DNA of 54,745 nt, the filler included, from Sluysia triapertura (taxonomy: Eukaryota), in the NCBI GenBank assembly GCA_046118255.1. It is 4 parts of 4 records of this genome, joined end to end, with 100 filler letters (N's around TTAATTAATTAA, not from the genome) between each part and the next. Parts side by side here need not be neighbours in the genome. Positions count along the whole stretch, not along the records: positions 24,238 to 35,400 come from JBJNIA010188089.1; positions 35,501 to 54,745 come from JBJNIA010085359.1; 2 more parts are not named here. One strand, 5' to 3'. Positions 27,089 to 38,620 of this stretch are shown in pieces (the stretch's first letter is position 1; each line of letters opens with the position of its first letter). A model generated the notes under the pieces. It was not told where the DNA came from. It ran no database searches and saw nothing but the letters and a program-made list of their open reading frames with translations. A program made the position numbers and the translations under genes.

Positions 27089-27089
<1 letters not shown>
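26015..27089 (-). mobile_element. Head copy E (complete)
   Basis: Terminus TGTGGTGGTGGTGGTGGCCAACCTATT read on minus from 27089; hairpins at 26116-26176 and 26018-26075; inverted homolog of copy D. Confidence 0.85.
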
Positions 27090-27152
<63 letters not shown>

Positions 27153-27719
27153 GTAATAGTAATAAAAAGAATTGGACTTTTAAATTCTTTGTTAGATGTC
27201 AAATTTCTGAATATAAAACATTAATTTTAATACATAAATTATTATTATGTATGTCTTTATTTTTCATATTTTAAAATATCGAATTATAACTCAAAAATTA
27301 AACAAATTCGGAGTCGCAGTATATTTTTTAAAATATCACAATGAATTAACAAATATTCTCTTATAATAATACACCTCTAATATAAATATTCCTTCAATAA
27401 ATAATTTATCAATACTGTCCTTATACGAATTTAAAATTACAAATCTCTAACTACAAAATTCTAAATCTATAAAAATTACTTATTAACGCCCTTATTAACA
27501 ACAATAAAATAATAAAAGCGCAGGTTACTAACCTTGGTAAAAACCATTATTTCGTATTTTAATCAGCTGCTGAAGAATAAACCTCAGTCTCACTGTTTCT
27601 ACAAGAGGTAGCGTCCCTAAAGCCTCGTCTAAATAGCTTCCTTATAGTTCTCTCTTTATTTTTTATCTATCTTTTTTCTAATTTCGCTACAAAAATATGA
27701 CTGTTTGTATAGTAGTTTG

Positions 27720-27890
27720 GTAATCGTTTAGGAGATTGGAAATTGGACAAGATGGAAATAATTACATAATTAATCATCTATTTTTTTGGTCGGTTATAAG
27801 CCGATCAATTTTAATGATAGAATTTTAACTGTAATTTTTGCTTTTGTCCAATTTCATTATCTTTCGTAATAGGATTTGTTATAAACAGCA
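27720..27890 (+). repeat. Fold-back dispersed repeat (second copy 42975-43170)
   Basis: Shared GGAGATT...GTCGGTT(A/G)TAAGCCGA(T/C)CAATTTT...CCAATTT..ATC..GTAAT.GGAT.TGTT.TAAACA. A 12-bp IR GAAATTGGACAA/TTGTCCAATTTC is present in copy 1. Confidence 0.7.
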
Positions 27891-28649
27891 TAATTAAATA
27901 AAAATTTAATATCATTATTAAATGAATACTCCATAAATGACGCAATTTATTAAATTAAAACAAGAATAGAATTAATGAAATACTAAATTTAGTTTTCATA
28001 GAAATTTCTTGTACAACCGTATGTCCATACGTCGAGTTCAATAACATATTTAAGTTGATATTTTCATGAACATCAATTTAATGTATACTTTAGTTATATT
28101 TAAACATCATAACATATTCAACTTTAATTTATAAAAACTAATTAAAATGACTAATTTTTGCGTTATGTGCGCCGAAGTGCTTCGTAGCACTTCATCATTA
28201 AAAACACTAATAAAACTCATAATTATACACTAATTCTAATGCTATTTTATCGATAGCAAATATTTTTCATTAAGTTATCAAATTAGAAAAAGTTTAATTA
28301 AATTAATCAACAAATGAAACAGTGTAAACGGTTATTTTTTTATTTTGATTGAAATATTTTATACGCTTATTTTGTTATCACAATTCAACAAAATATTTTA
28401 TTTTAATTTCTCAATGATATTTATTTCATTTTTTTGCCATGATTTTTAACCCTTACCAAACATTTACAAATCATAATCAATAATAATAATAATAATTATT
28501 ATTATTTCATTACTAATGAAAAACGTTATCTAAATTTCATAATTATTCTATTACCAAATAAAATTGAAACTACATAAAACAAAATAGCCAATGAAAATTA
28601 TCAAAATAAAATAAAATATCTAAAATTGCAAAAGTTTTATTATTTCGAA

Positions 28650-29015
28650 ATGTTTGATAATATTTATTATATATTATTAGTTTTAATTTGTTTGAATTAT
28701 ATAAAAAGTAATAAAATTAAAGAGGTTGTTTATGTTGCAAGTGTTCCAGATTTAATTATTAATGTGGACGACATTTTTGATTGCGGTTTAATTTTTAGTA
28801 AACTGAATAAAGTTTGTTTTGAATACATAACTAAAACGTGTAAAATATATGATGATCCAAGTAATTATGAAGGAAATTTAATCAAACGGAGTGTATATAT
28901 AATTGAAAGTCAATATTATAAGGTTAGTATTAACTCTAATAAATGAATATTTGAAAATAAAACATACAGTAATTGATGACTTTAACAAAATATTTAACAA
29001 ACAAATAATTAAATA
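28650..29015 (+). CDS. Putative small secreted protein (signal peptide, 3 Cys in the mature part); possible 41-nt intron near 28928-28968
   Basis: ATG 28650: MFDNIYYILLVLICLNYIKS|NKIKEVVYVASVPDLIINVDD...; open for ~98 codons, ending at GT donor candidates. Splicing to TACAG gives ..YKVIIDDFNKIFNKQIIK*. Confidence 0.45.
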
Positions 29016-29163
29016 AATATGATATATAAATCATTTTATATATTGTGATTTTCCGTTTATAGGTCCAAGAACTTGGAAGTAATTTTTACCCTTTCATTTT
29101 ATCACCAATAAAAAATTTCATGATAAAAACATAAGAGTTTTTTCACAAAATAACTAAACATAT

Positions 29164-30870
29164 TAGGGTGGGTTGAAAACAAAACTGTCACTGAACTCAT
29201 GAAAACTTTGCGTTTGCATGTGAAATGAAAGAAAATCACAAAGAAATTATTTCTGGACACTTTTAAGTACCCCCCCATTTTTAATTTAGATAATACTCGC
29301 TTTAATGGTATTGACAACCACAGCAGACTTATTAAATAATGAGACACACCTAACGTAAATCAATATTGCTTGCAAATATAAACAGTCAAGCAATTATAAT
29401 TACTCACAGAATATATGTATGCCCTTTACTCCACCTTTACCGCCAACATTTGTATTTGTACTGTCACAGCCTATTGCTAAGATACTATCACTTGCATCTT
29501 GCTCTCTAATTACAATTACAATACGGGTAGCAATATCAATACCTTTGGTTGATGAAGGCGTCACATGTGTCAGGTAGCTACTACTTGGTTCTTCAAACAG
29601 AACATAATGATCTTCAACGGTAGTGTCACCATACCACTTGCCATTTCTGTTTACTTTGACCAAAGTTGTGTCTCGTCTACCATCAAATAAATACTGGTGA
29701 TAGCTTTTGGTGACTGTCGCATATCACATGGCAAACCCTTTCTTAACTTCAACCTCTTTATTCTTGTCTATCACAAAGCTTTGATTCTGCTTGGTTATGA
29801 AACCAACATCGATAAGCACTGCTGATGCCAAGGATGCTGCAGCTATGTCTGATATACCATATCTGTTTGCTTTTTTTGCAAAATTTGGAAGGAGTATTCG
29901 CATCTGACTTTCAGCTACATCATCACTACTACCGGATTTATCATCATTATCATGAAATACCTCGTCATCACTGTTCTCTACAACACTTTGATCACTTGCA
30001 CAACTGTTACTAGATTGTTCTTCACTAAGATTTAGGTTACTCTCAGGATCTGAAAATTTTCTTGACATTTTACATCTCGTTTCTTCTTTAGCTTTCCGTT
30101 GTAAACGCTTCTGCAATCTGATTGTTGCTTGGAAGTCTGTATTGCGATAAACATTTTGCGAGACTTTCTTTGATCCTATAAAAACAACATTTCATCTGGT
30201 GGAACTTTCAAATTTCTAGGACATTGACAAGATACGCATACTTGTTTTGTAGAATTGTTATAAGACATACTGCACTTACATGAGTCCAAACTATCAAACT
30301 ATGAGTCCAAAGTGGATAGAAAGGTAGAATGACGTGTTGAACTTCATTTAGAACGAGACAGTTCTGAACCTGTTGAAATCATTGCTTCCACAGGTTTGAT
30401 TACAGATCGGTAATGCATCTTTGGAATGGAACAGCATCTGACACAGCTCTGTATTTGCCTTTGTTTGAATCATTCTTTCATTTTTTCACATGCAAGAAAT
30501 GCTGTGCAACTTGAAGATTTGTTGGCAGTACATTGTGAGGAAGTTCACTGGCATTGCCAAATACAGAGTACGTGTTACGCTTCTTGTATCCATTAAGTTA
30601 CGAAACTTTCAATATATTGTTCTAAATAAATAGCCTACAATCGAAATAAATAACAGGCATACAAATTAGAAGCAAAATGTGCATACTAAATCTTAAAATT
30701 AATAAAGTAATAATAGAATGCCTCAAGCTGAAAATACTGGTTAATGCAATTTTTCAGATTTAAAAATGAGGCACTTCCTGTAATACAAAAGCAATTTAAA
30801 ATTTCGTTTCTTATTTCAGAGGTCATTTGTCAAATAAATACGGAGTTCCGTAATGATATTCCAATATAAA
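29164..30870 (-). mobile_element. hAT-superfamily (hATm-like) DNA transposon, internally deleted; transposase pseudogene ~30593-29400
   Basis: Motifs SVFGNASELPHNVLPT, RYGISDIAAASLASAVLIDVG, DGRRDTT..EDHYVLFEEPSSSYLTHVTP..AIGCDSTNTNVGGKGGV; TAGGGTGGGTTGAAAA terminus at 29164. The subfamily label is from memory and the right boundary is approximate. Confidence 0.75.
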
Positions 30871-31134
30871 ATTAAAAAAAATAATATAATATATTATGTA
30901 ATATTAATAATATAATAATAGTATAATATATAATGTATGTAAATATTTACTATCACAACTTCAAAAAGCCGAAAAACCGTAACTAGAAATGTAGTGGTCT
31001 GCATAATCAACAGCACCCATGTGATTAGTAGAATCTATAATTGCAAATAAAAATACGAAATGTAAACATTTTCTTATCTGATTACCTTCGACATATAACA
31101 GATTACATAAACGTTTCAATGTTTATGTTAAATC

Positions 31135-31214
31135 AGCATCGGGGCTGTCTCGAAAGAGGACCGGAAGGTGAAAATTTCAATGTCGGGGCTGCCGCGACAG
31201 TCGACCGCAAAGGG
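31135..31214 (-). mobile_element. piggyBac-like terminal fragment
   Basis: Reads TTAA|CCCTTTGCGGTCGACTGTCGCGGCAGCCCCGACA on minus; subterminal TCGGGGCTG duplicated; no partner end found. Confidence 0.6.
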
Positions 31215-31543
31215 TTAAAATATTAGCTTTCTATATGCAGAAAGTAAGTTAGCCAGTTAACACATTAGGATTTATGACAACAAATCCGGTAATAATACAA
31301 CCAGGGTTGTCAAACCTAACTATATTTGACTATATTAATGTTAATCTTCTTGAAAATATTATAAAAAGGGTTATAAATGATAAAATTTAGTTATGTTTTA
31401 TAAATAATAAATTTTTTCTAATTTAGTTATTGAACTTACTATTAATAATTACAGTTTCAAAGTGTTGTTAACTATAGAAATGAATTACAGTTCTAATGTT
31501 GAAATTGTATTAGGTGTGGTATATATTCAACAAATCTCTTTAA

Positions 31544-31753
31544 GCCGTTCCGCGACTATCCCGATACTTCACGAGCTAGCGTGATGCTTATGTATTAACT
31601 AGCTCGATACATTTACGTAGCTGCTCAACTGCAGTGACTATCCCTTTACGTTCGCCGGCTTCCCATGTTTTTATTATCCAATTAATAAATTAAAATATGT
31701 AAAAAATTAGACATTTTTGTAAGTTTTTTCTATTTTATTAGTCGCGCAAGGAG
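31544..31753. mobile_element. TTAA-targeting (piggyBac-like) MITE, 210 bp
   Basis: TTAA|GCCGTTCCGCGACTA ... TAGTCGCGCAAGGAG|TTAA: imperfect TIRs with TTAA duplication. Confidence 0.7.
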
Positions 31754-33008
31754 TTAATATAAAATCATTTCTATATATTTTTGTGTGGTTATTTTCGCTC
31801 ATGCATTTTTTTTACAATATGATCAATCAGTCTTTTATTTTATTCTATAATAATTATTTTATAGTTAATTTTTCCAATTTCTTTCTCAATTATTATAATA
31901 GTATTGTGAGAACTCCATAAATATTGCAAATATTGTTGAAAGTGGTTTGAAAATGAAAACAGTTTCACTCACTTTACAATATCTAAACAACCACGAACAT
32001 TTACCTTACAATTTAAAAATCGGCTGAAAAAATTCAAAAAGTATCTTCGTAAACAAAAAGTATTCAGAAACATCTTTAAACAATAAGATGGAAATTAGAA
32101 ATTAGCAAATAAACATGAAGAAAGAACGAAAGAATCCTTCACTCCTACTTAGTCTCCAGAAGAAATCAAACGTGAAAAATCCGCTAAAAAGAGAATGCTA
32201 ACTAGCAAGGTGAAATATAATATGAATACACAGTAAAAACGATATGCACTTAAATTAACTAGTATATAAAGAAAACTGGCAATATTGTGATAATATAATA
32301 TAAAATATTATGGAATTGAATTGGTTAGAAAGTAAAATTTTGATTAATAGGAAGTTGATTATAATAAAGTTATATGATGCAAAACTGAATAGTTATTGGA
32401 CATACATTTTGAATAAAAAATAGTATACAAGCATTAAAATTCTGCTAGAATAACATAATAGTAACTTAACATAACACAGAGGTAATATTAGTATAGCAAG
32501 ATATAAGACAGTGGAATTTTATCCTATTATAAGACTTTTAAATTTTTGAATATGTGATTTATTATCAAAATTTTGGTTCAGTAATTTTTAAAATAAAATA
32601 AAAGTTATGAAAAAATTCTTCACTTAAATTATTTTAAATTGATATTGTCTAATAATTTTTATTGTATCTTTAATAACACGAATTTTAGTTTGATGTGATT
32701 GCAAGTGTTTTCTCTGATGAAACTACCTTACAAATTCTTTCGGTACAAATATAATAAGTGATTTACGTCCACAAAGAAGACGTTAAAGGGTTGATGTTAT
32801 ACTTTAAAAACTACTCCTATTATGATTCTCAGGGTGCTTATTCAATTAAACAATGGTCACTGTAATTTCAAGATTCATACTATAAATGTATCTAGTATAT
32901 CTCTAGTATATCTAGTTATATGTCGTTAATTACTTAAGTTCGAATAACACATGTTTTGCTGTATGGTTAATTTCAAATTTTTCTTAAGTGGTCCTTTAAC
33001 TATATACA

Positions 33009-33390
33009 TGTAATAAATTTTTATAATTTATAATTTAAATTATACACCAATGTGAAAATCTGTTTCAACCTTTTCTAAGTCTTTAACTTTTATCTCTTTA
33101 TTAAATTCGAATATATCTGGATGTTATTTTATATTATAAAAATTCTTGCTATATGTTATCAATTCGAGTCTCTGTATAATTATTTTAAACTTCACTTAAT
33201 ATTATTACTTTAAACTTAGCTGGAGGTATGAATCGATATACTCGTCCTTGTTTAGGATAGAAGTGCTTAATGTTTAACAACGATATTAATCAAGATATTT
33301 TTACTAGTGGTTTATCTTTCCTTTTCTCTCTTCTAGTTCCACTTTTGGTTAACTTTAACTAATAAGTAAACAAAATGAAACAACTACACA
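33009..33390 (+). mobile_element. Solo-LTR-like dispersed repeat (copy 2)
   Basis: TGTAATAAATTTTT...CAACTACACA; homologous to 10570-10931. Confidence 0.65.
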
Positions 33391-33574
33391 ATTTATTTAT
33401 GAATTAATGTAAAAATAATACAAACAAATAATTTTAGTTTATTCAAATTAATAAGGGCAATAAAAATCACTTACAGATAGGATTTCAAATCAATTGTTCG
33501 CCTTTAGATCAATTATCATATAATGGCTCGATTGTTCACAAGGTAAAATCTCGTATTGTCAATGAAATCTCGAA

Positions 33575-33700
33575 CTGTCCTTTTCTTTATAGTAAATTCT
33601 CGGTATTAAATTCAGATGATAATTCTCGCTCTTAAACAATGTGAATTCCGTTGTTGTATTTATAGTAAATTCTCGATATTAAATTCAGATAATAGTTCTT
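33575..33700 (+). repeat. Local direct duplication TTTATAGTAAATTCTCG.TATTAAATTCAGAT.ATA.TTCT (period ~73 bp)
   Basis: Copies at ~33586-33628 and ~33659-33700. Confidence 0.8.
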
Positions 33701-33994
33701 GATAATTATTAAATAAAGTTTGACAGTATACTTTATTAGATTCAATATAATTTCCATAAATAGAATTCAATCATATTAATACTATCAAAAATCAAATAAT
33801 ATACTGTTGTATATAAATTCAATATAGTTAATAATATAAAAGAAATTTTAGTTCATTTAATTCAATAGTATTACTGCTATTCTTATCAATAATTTTAATG
33901 TTAGTCATCTGATAAATAAATGATGATGTTTGTTTTGGTTAATATTGAATATAGATGCACTTAGTTATTATTTATGCCAGTTACTTTTATTATC

Positions 33995-34038
<44 letters not shown>

Positions 34039-34274
34039 GTAATAATAACAATAATGATAATAATAGTAATGATTTTTATTGCCTTTAAAATTTTATTATT
34101 TTAAATGAAATATTTTTATTATTATTTTAAAAAAAATGAATAAATATTATTTTAAATGAATGAATTATTATTAAATGAATATTAATAGTTTTATTTTGAA
34201 TACTAAATGAATATTAATAATTTAACAGAATGAATTATTATTAAATGAATATTAATATTTTAACAATATAATAA

Positions 34275-34635
34275 ACAAAACTCTTTGATAGTCCAAGCCA
34301 TTTTTCAAAATTTGAAATTTTTCGCGAGCCACAATTAAATACCGCTTGCACAATATCAACTGTCCGTTGCAATGAAAGTTTACAAATTCAAAATCGGTCA
34401 GGATTCGGTCGATTATTGACTTATGTTCGCGCATTTTTCGATAAGTCATATCATTCTTAACTTGGACGGAAATGAAATTTATTACAACGTTGCACTTAGT
34501 CTTTCATACTTGTCATTAATTTAAAACATTTTGAAACACATGCGGAACGATAATAATTTTTTAAAATATAATAACTCGGGTACATTTATCGACAGCCACA
34601 AATAATCCTTCAAAGCCGCAGTTTGGCCTACCCTG
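34275..34635 (-). mobile_element. Non-autonomous hAT (Charlie/Buster-type) MITE
   Basis: Minus strand begins CAGGGTAGGCCAAACTGCGGCT. The far end has the typical GTGGCTCGCGAAAAATTT...AAATGGCT subterminal motif, with a degenerate TIR. Confidence 0.6.
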
Positions 34636-35129
34636 ATATATACTAATTTGAAAACTAATTAAGTGTGTAATTTAAAATATTGTTTACATAAACACATCAT
34701 AAATTATGATATAGTGTTGATCTAATTTTCGAGAAAGATTTGTAGGTTTTACCGAGATACTTTTCGATGAAATGATTTGATCTTTAGCCAAAAATAACGT
34801 TGTTTTGCAAATTTAAACTTAATTTAAAATTTTTGTTGTTGATAATAATAAAGATACATTTTTTAGGGATATATTGTACATTCAACAACACAATGAATAC
34901 CATCATAGTAAAGATTTGGTAATAATTATTTGAATCAATAATTAATAAACTGTGGCCAAATGTAAAAACACAGTGTTTTTGTTATTCCTAATGACAAGTA
35001 TTTATTATAATCCTTTTCGAGTAGATGTTTGTGATACCATTTAGATTGAACGCGTACATTTTTTATTAGAAAATTTAATAATTAATTTTGCTGACAATGA
35101 TAATTATCATTCTGTTCAAGAACCAATAA

Positions 35130-35197
<68 letters not shown>

Positions 35198-35500
35198 TTT
35201 TAGTTTATACAACAAATCAATGTATGAGCTCTTGAATTANNNNNNNNNNNNNNNNNNNNNNNNNNNNNNNNNNNNNNNNNNNNNNNNNNNNNNNNNNNNN
35301 NNNNNNNNNNNNNNNNNNNNNNNNNNNNNNNNNNNNNNNNNNNNNNNNNNNNNNNNNNNNNNNNNNNNNNNNNNNNNNNNNNNNNNNNNTAACCTAAAAA
35401 NNNNNNNNNNNNNNNNNNNNNNNNNNNNNNNNNNNNNNNNNNNNTTAATTAATTAANNNNNNNNNNNNNNNNNNNNNNNNNNNNNNNNNNNNNNNNNNNN

Positions 35501-36090
35501 TCAAATTATAAAGTTTCAATAAGTTCTAATAAATTATTTTAACACTCTTCATTTCATTTACAACTTTAACCATTACATGTTTCAAAATAAATCTTAAATA
35601 ACCTTAAAGAATTCATTATCTGACTGTGAAGCAACAACGATAACCGATACTTACTATACCTTATTACTGTTGCTCCTTCACAGTTTATCATTCGCTTTGT
35701 TCATCTCTTATTTCATTTATCATTTGATATGTAAGAAGGTTTAGTAATATAAAGAAAAGATCGTGTAAACATTGGCAAAGATTTTATGTATTTTTCTTTA
35801 TAATAACAATAATAATAACAACGTTATTGCCGTTATTATTATTGATATTATCATTTTATATACAGTGTTAACATTATTATTTTCTGCACTTGTAAATTAT
35901 TTGTAAATAATTAAATTTTAATGAACAAAACTTTGTCGTCATCATCATCACTTAATCCATTCTCACCTGCACATCACTACTGATGATGATGGTTAGCAAT
36001 CACAGAAACAAAATTCATTACCTCATCACCCAATCAGAGCTCAGTTTGTTCTCATAATGGTAAAAACACTCCGATTTGGCAGTCAAAAAA
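35501..36090 (+). mobile_element. Head copy B (5' part lost in assembly gap)
   Basis: Colinear with 13900-14450; hairpins at 35623-35684, 35938-35993 and ~36030-36079. Confidence 0.8.
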
Positions 36091-36109
36091 ACTATTTTCT
36101 ATTTAAAAA

Positions 36110-38110
36110 ATCACAATTAAAGAATTAAAAGGTCTAGACACAATATTATACAAAGATTCAGACAGCTAAAAAGAATTAGATTGAATTCTAGCTCAATTAA
36201 GAAGTAGATAACAAACATTTTCAAGTCCAGACAATTAAAAATTAGACTGAATTTTAAGGCAATTAAAAAGAAACTAGATAATCAAAAATTAGACAAATTA
36301 ACTGTAAAAACATTGCCAATTATGTTCAACGTGCAGACTTTCGAAACAGAAGGAAACAAACTATAATCTACCTATGGTATCCAAGTAATTAGTGATACCG
36401 AATACGTAAAATTATCAAAATTTAAAGTTAGTCAAATTATAGACCTTTATGTTTGTCGACGTATTAAAGAATTAGGTCTATCGCACAATAATCTTGCTTA
36501 TTTGATTACAACTGTATCAGATTGTTAGAATTGAAACATTTAGAAAAACTACGTTTACAGCATAATTCAATTTATTTTCATCAAGAATTATTTCAAATTA
36601 AATTACCATTTTGTTTAGTTATTGATAATTATTCATTTTTACAAAATACAACACGATCAACATTTAACGATTTGGAAATTGTGACTTTCATGGACAGACA
36701 AGTGGTGATACGAAATGATGAGAATTCAGAAATAGAAGATATGGATAAATATGTAAATAACGGAACATCCTGGTTAAACAAATGATAAATTTAACGAATT
36801 ATCCAGTAATAAGAAGTATCATCAACTAATTCACAACGATAGCAAAAGTCTAGACAATGTATTTAATAAATTTTGCCTTTTAGTTTTAAGTAATGAGAAT
36901 ATAGAGAAGAATAAAAGCAGTATAAAGTATATCATCGTATACGATTTATACAATCCCAGTTTGTCGAGTGAATCCAGTTAAAAGTTTTAAGGAAGTTAAT
37001 ATCAATTCAAGTTCCACAGGTAATCTCGATGATTCAAAAAAGTTAGATCGTAAAGTTTATTATGTAAAGTTAGATGTGAGTCACAAAAGGACAATTATTA
37101 ATCAAATAATATTTTATGAACTACATGTATTTGAAGATGATAAATTATCCCATGATGCTAAAATTTTCTACATGGTTCTAAAATTAAATAATTTAGATTT
37201 AACCAAAAGTAAAGAGCAACCATTGAGGATGTTAGATCAATTTATATACATCTCTGATAATCCTAAATTTATTCTGAATGAAATGTATAAAGCGATTTTA
37301 ACTGATAGTAAAGGATTACCGAAAACGAATAATAGTATGAAGAATGCAGATATAGAAAGAATTAACTTGCTTTAAAGTATGTTAACTGATAGTTGTATGT
37401 CATCTGTTGTAGATTTATTGAGTCATTATGTTAGTTATGAATTTATTTATTTATATAATTATTTCTTTATTAGATCAATTACAGGTTGGATAATGAAGCG
37501 TTGGTCGGCCAGATTGGAAAGCTTGTATAAACTTTTTAATGTGAATAAAAATTCGTTAAATATAATTCAAATACATCTTCACGATTTTTGTTTAACCGAA
37601 TTTTATATAAACGTCGAATTATTAATAAATAAATCTCACATTAAGGTTAATAATGAAATTATAAGGATCAGATGCATTAAAATCATTAGGTTGAAAGATT
37701 CAACAACTACGAATTATTATGTTAATAGTCATCTTTGTTATTATAATTTTAATAAAAATTTAATAATAGCTTCAATGAGTATATTAAATGAGAAAAACAA
37801 CATGTTAACTCTTAAAACAGTAAGACTTAAACCTTATAACTACAATGTCAATTCTTCATGCATACTTTCACTCTTTAAATTAATGTCTAATACATGTTGC
37901 TCTATTGAGACTAATAATACGCCCTCAACTTTGACGTACATCTTAAACACAGACTTATGTTTTAATCTTCCATCTGTAAAGACTAAGTATACATCATCCT
38001 ATACAAAACCAACTAATAATAAATTAATTTATATAATATTAGCACGTATAAATATGAACATAAAAAATTCACCCATAAAATGGAACGAAGATTACATACC
38101 ACCCAAAATT
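36110..38110 (+). pseudogene. Cargo B: decayed long intronless ORF, unknown product
   Basis: Plus ORFs 36322-36528 (with internal stop), 36522-36785, 36968-37375 and 37379-38266 (the last two in the same frame, separated by one stop); degenerate KLDxILxQL-like repeats at 36110-36300. Confidence 0.55.
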
Positions 38111-38349
38111 ATATTATATTATATTATATTGCATTACACTATATTATATATTATTATTATTGTTGTTGTTGTTGTTATTATTATTATTGTTGTTATTAGC
38201 TTCAACATGATTTCGATATATAAATACCACTACTTTCGATTAATTTTAAAAATATATCTTCACTAAATAATTATTTGTAGTAACAGTGGTGGTAGTAGTA
38301 GTAGTAGCAGTGGTAGAAATGGTAGTATGTTAGTAGTAGTAGCAGTAGT

Positions 38350-38620
38350 AGTATAACTACTACTTAGAATATTGCTTAGAATATTTAGATTGTTATCATT
38401 TTCGATAGTGTCCGTAATAACTTCTTCCGATGTTTTAGAGTTATGAGCTTCAATTTCTCTGACGACTTCCAATACTTCATCAACAAATGATTCATCTTGC
38501 CGATAAGATAGTTGTCTGAGTCTTTTAACCGTTACACCTCTCAATTTTCATCGTATCAGTCATATTATCTTCATTTACCGCCAATTTACTAATGAACAGC
38601 TCTCCACATTGGAATTTTTA
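38350..38620 (-). pseudogene. Short decayed ORF convergent with cargo B, downstream of arm G
   Basis: RGVTVKRLRQLSYRQDESFVDEVLEVVREIEAHNSK..., running into a microsatellite tract. Confidence 0.3.

Noticed and set aside
20618-27089. D and E as the long TIRs of one recent transposon, or GGTGGCCAAC as a hAT CAGGGGTGGCCAAC end
   Set aside because: The arms are clearly diverged, there is no TSD (TGCA vs ATAA), and the aligned starts of other copies begin TGT, not CAG.
36110-36300. Short degenerate repeats as a CRISPR-like array
   Set aside because: Irregular spacing, no constant repeat with unique spacers, eukaryotic context; better read as a decayed coiled-coil repeat.
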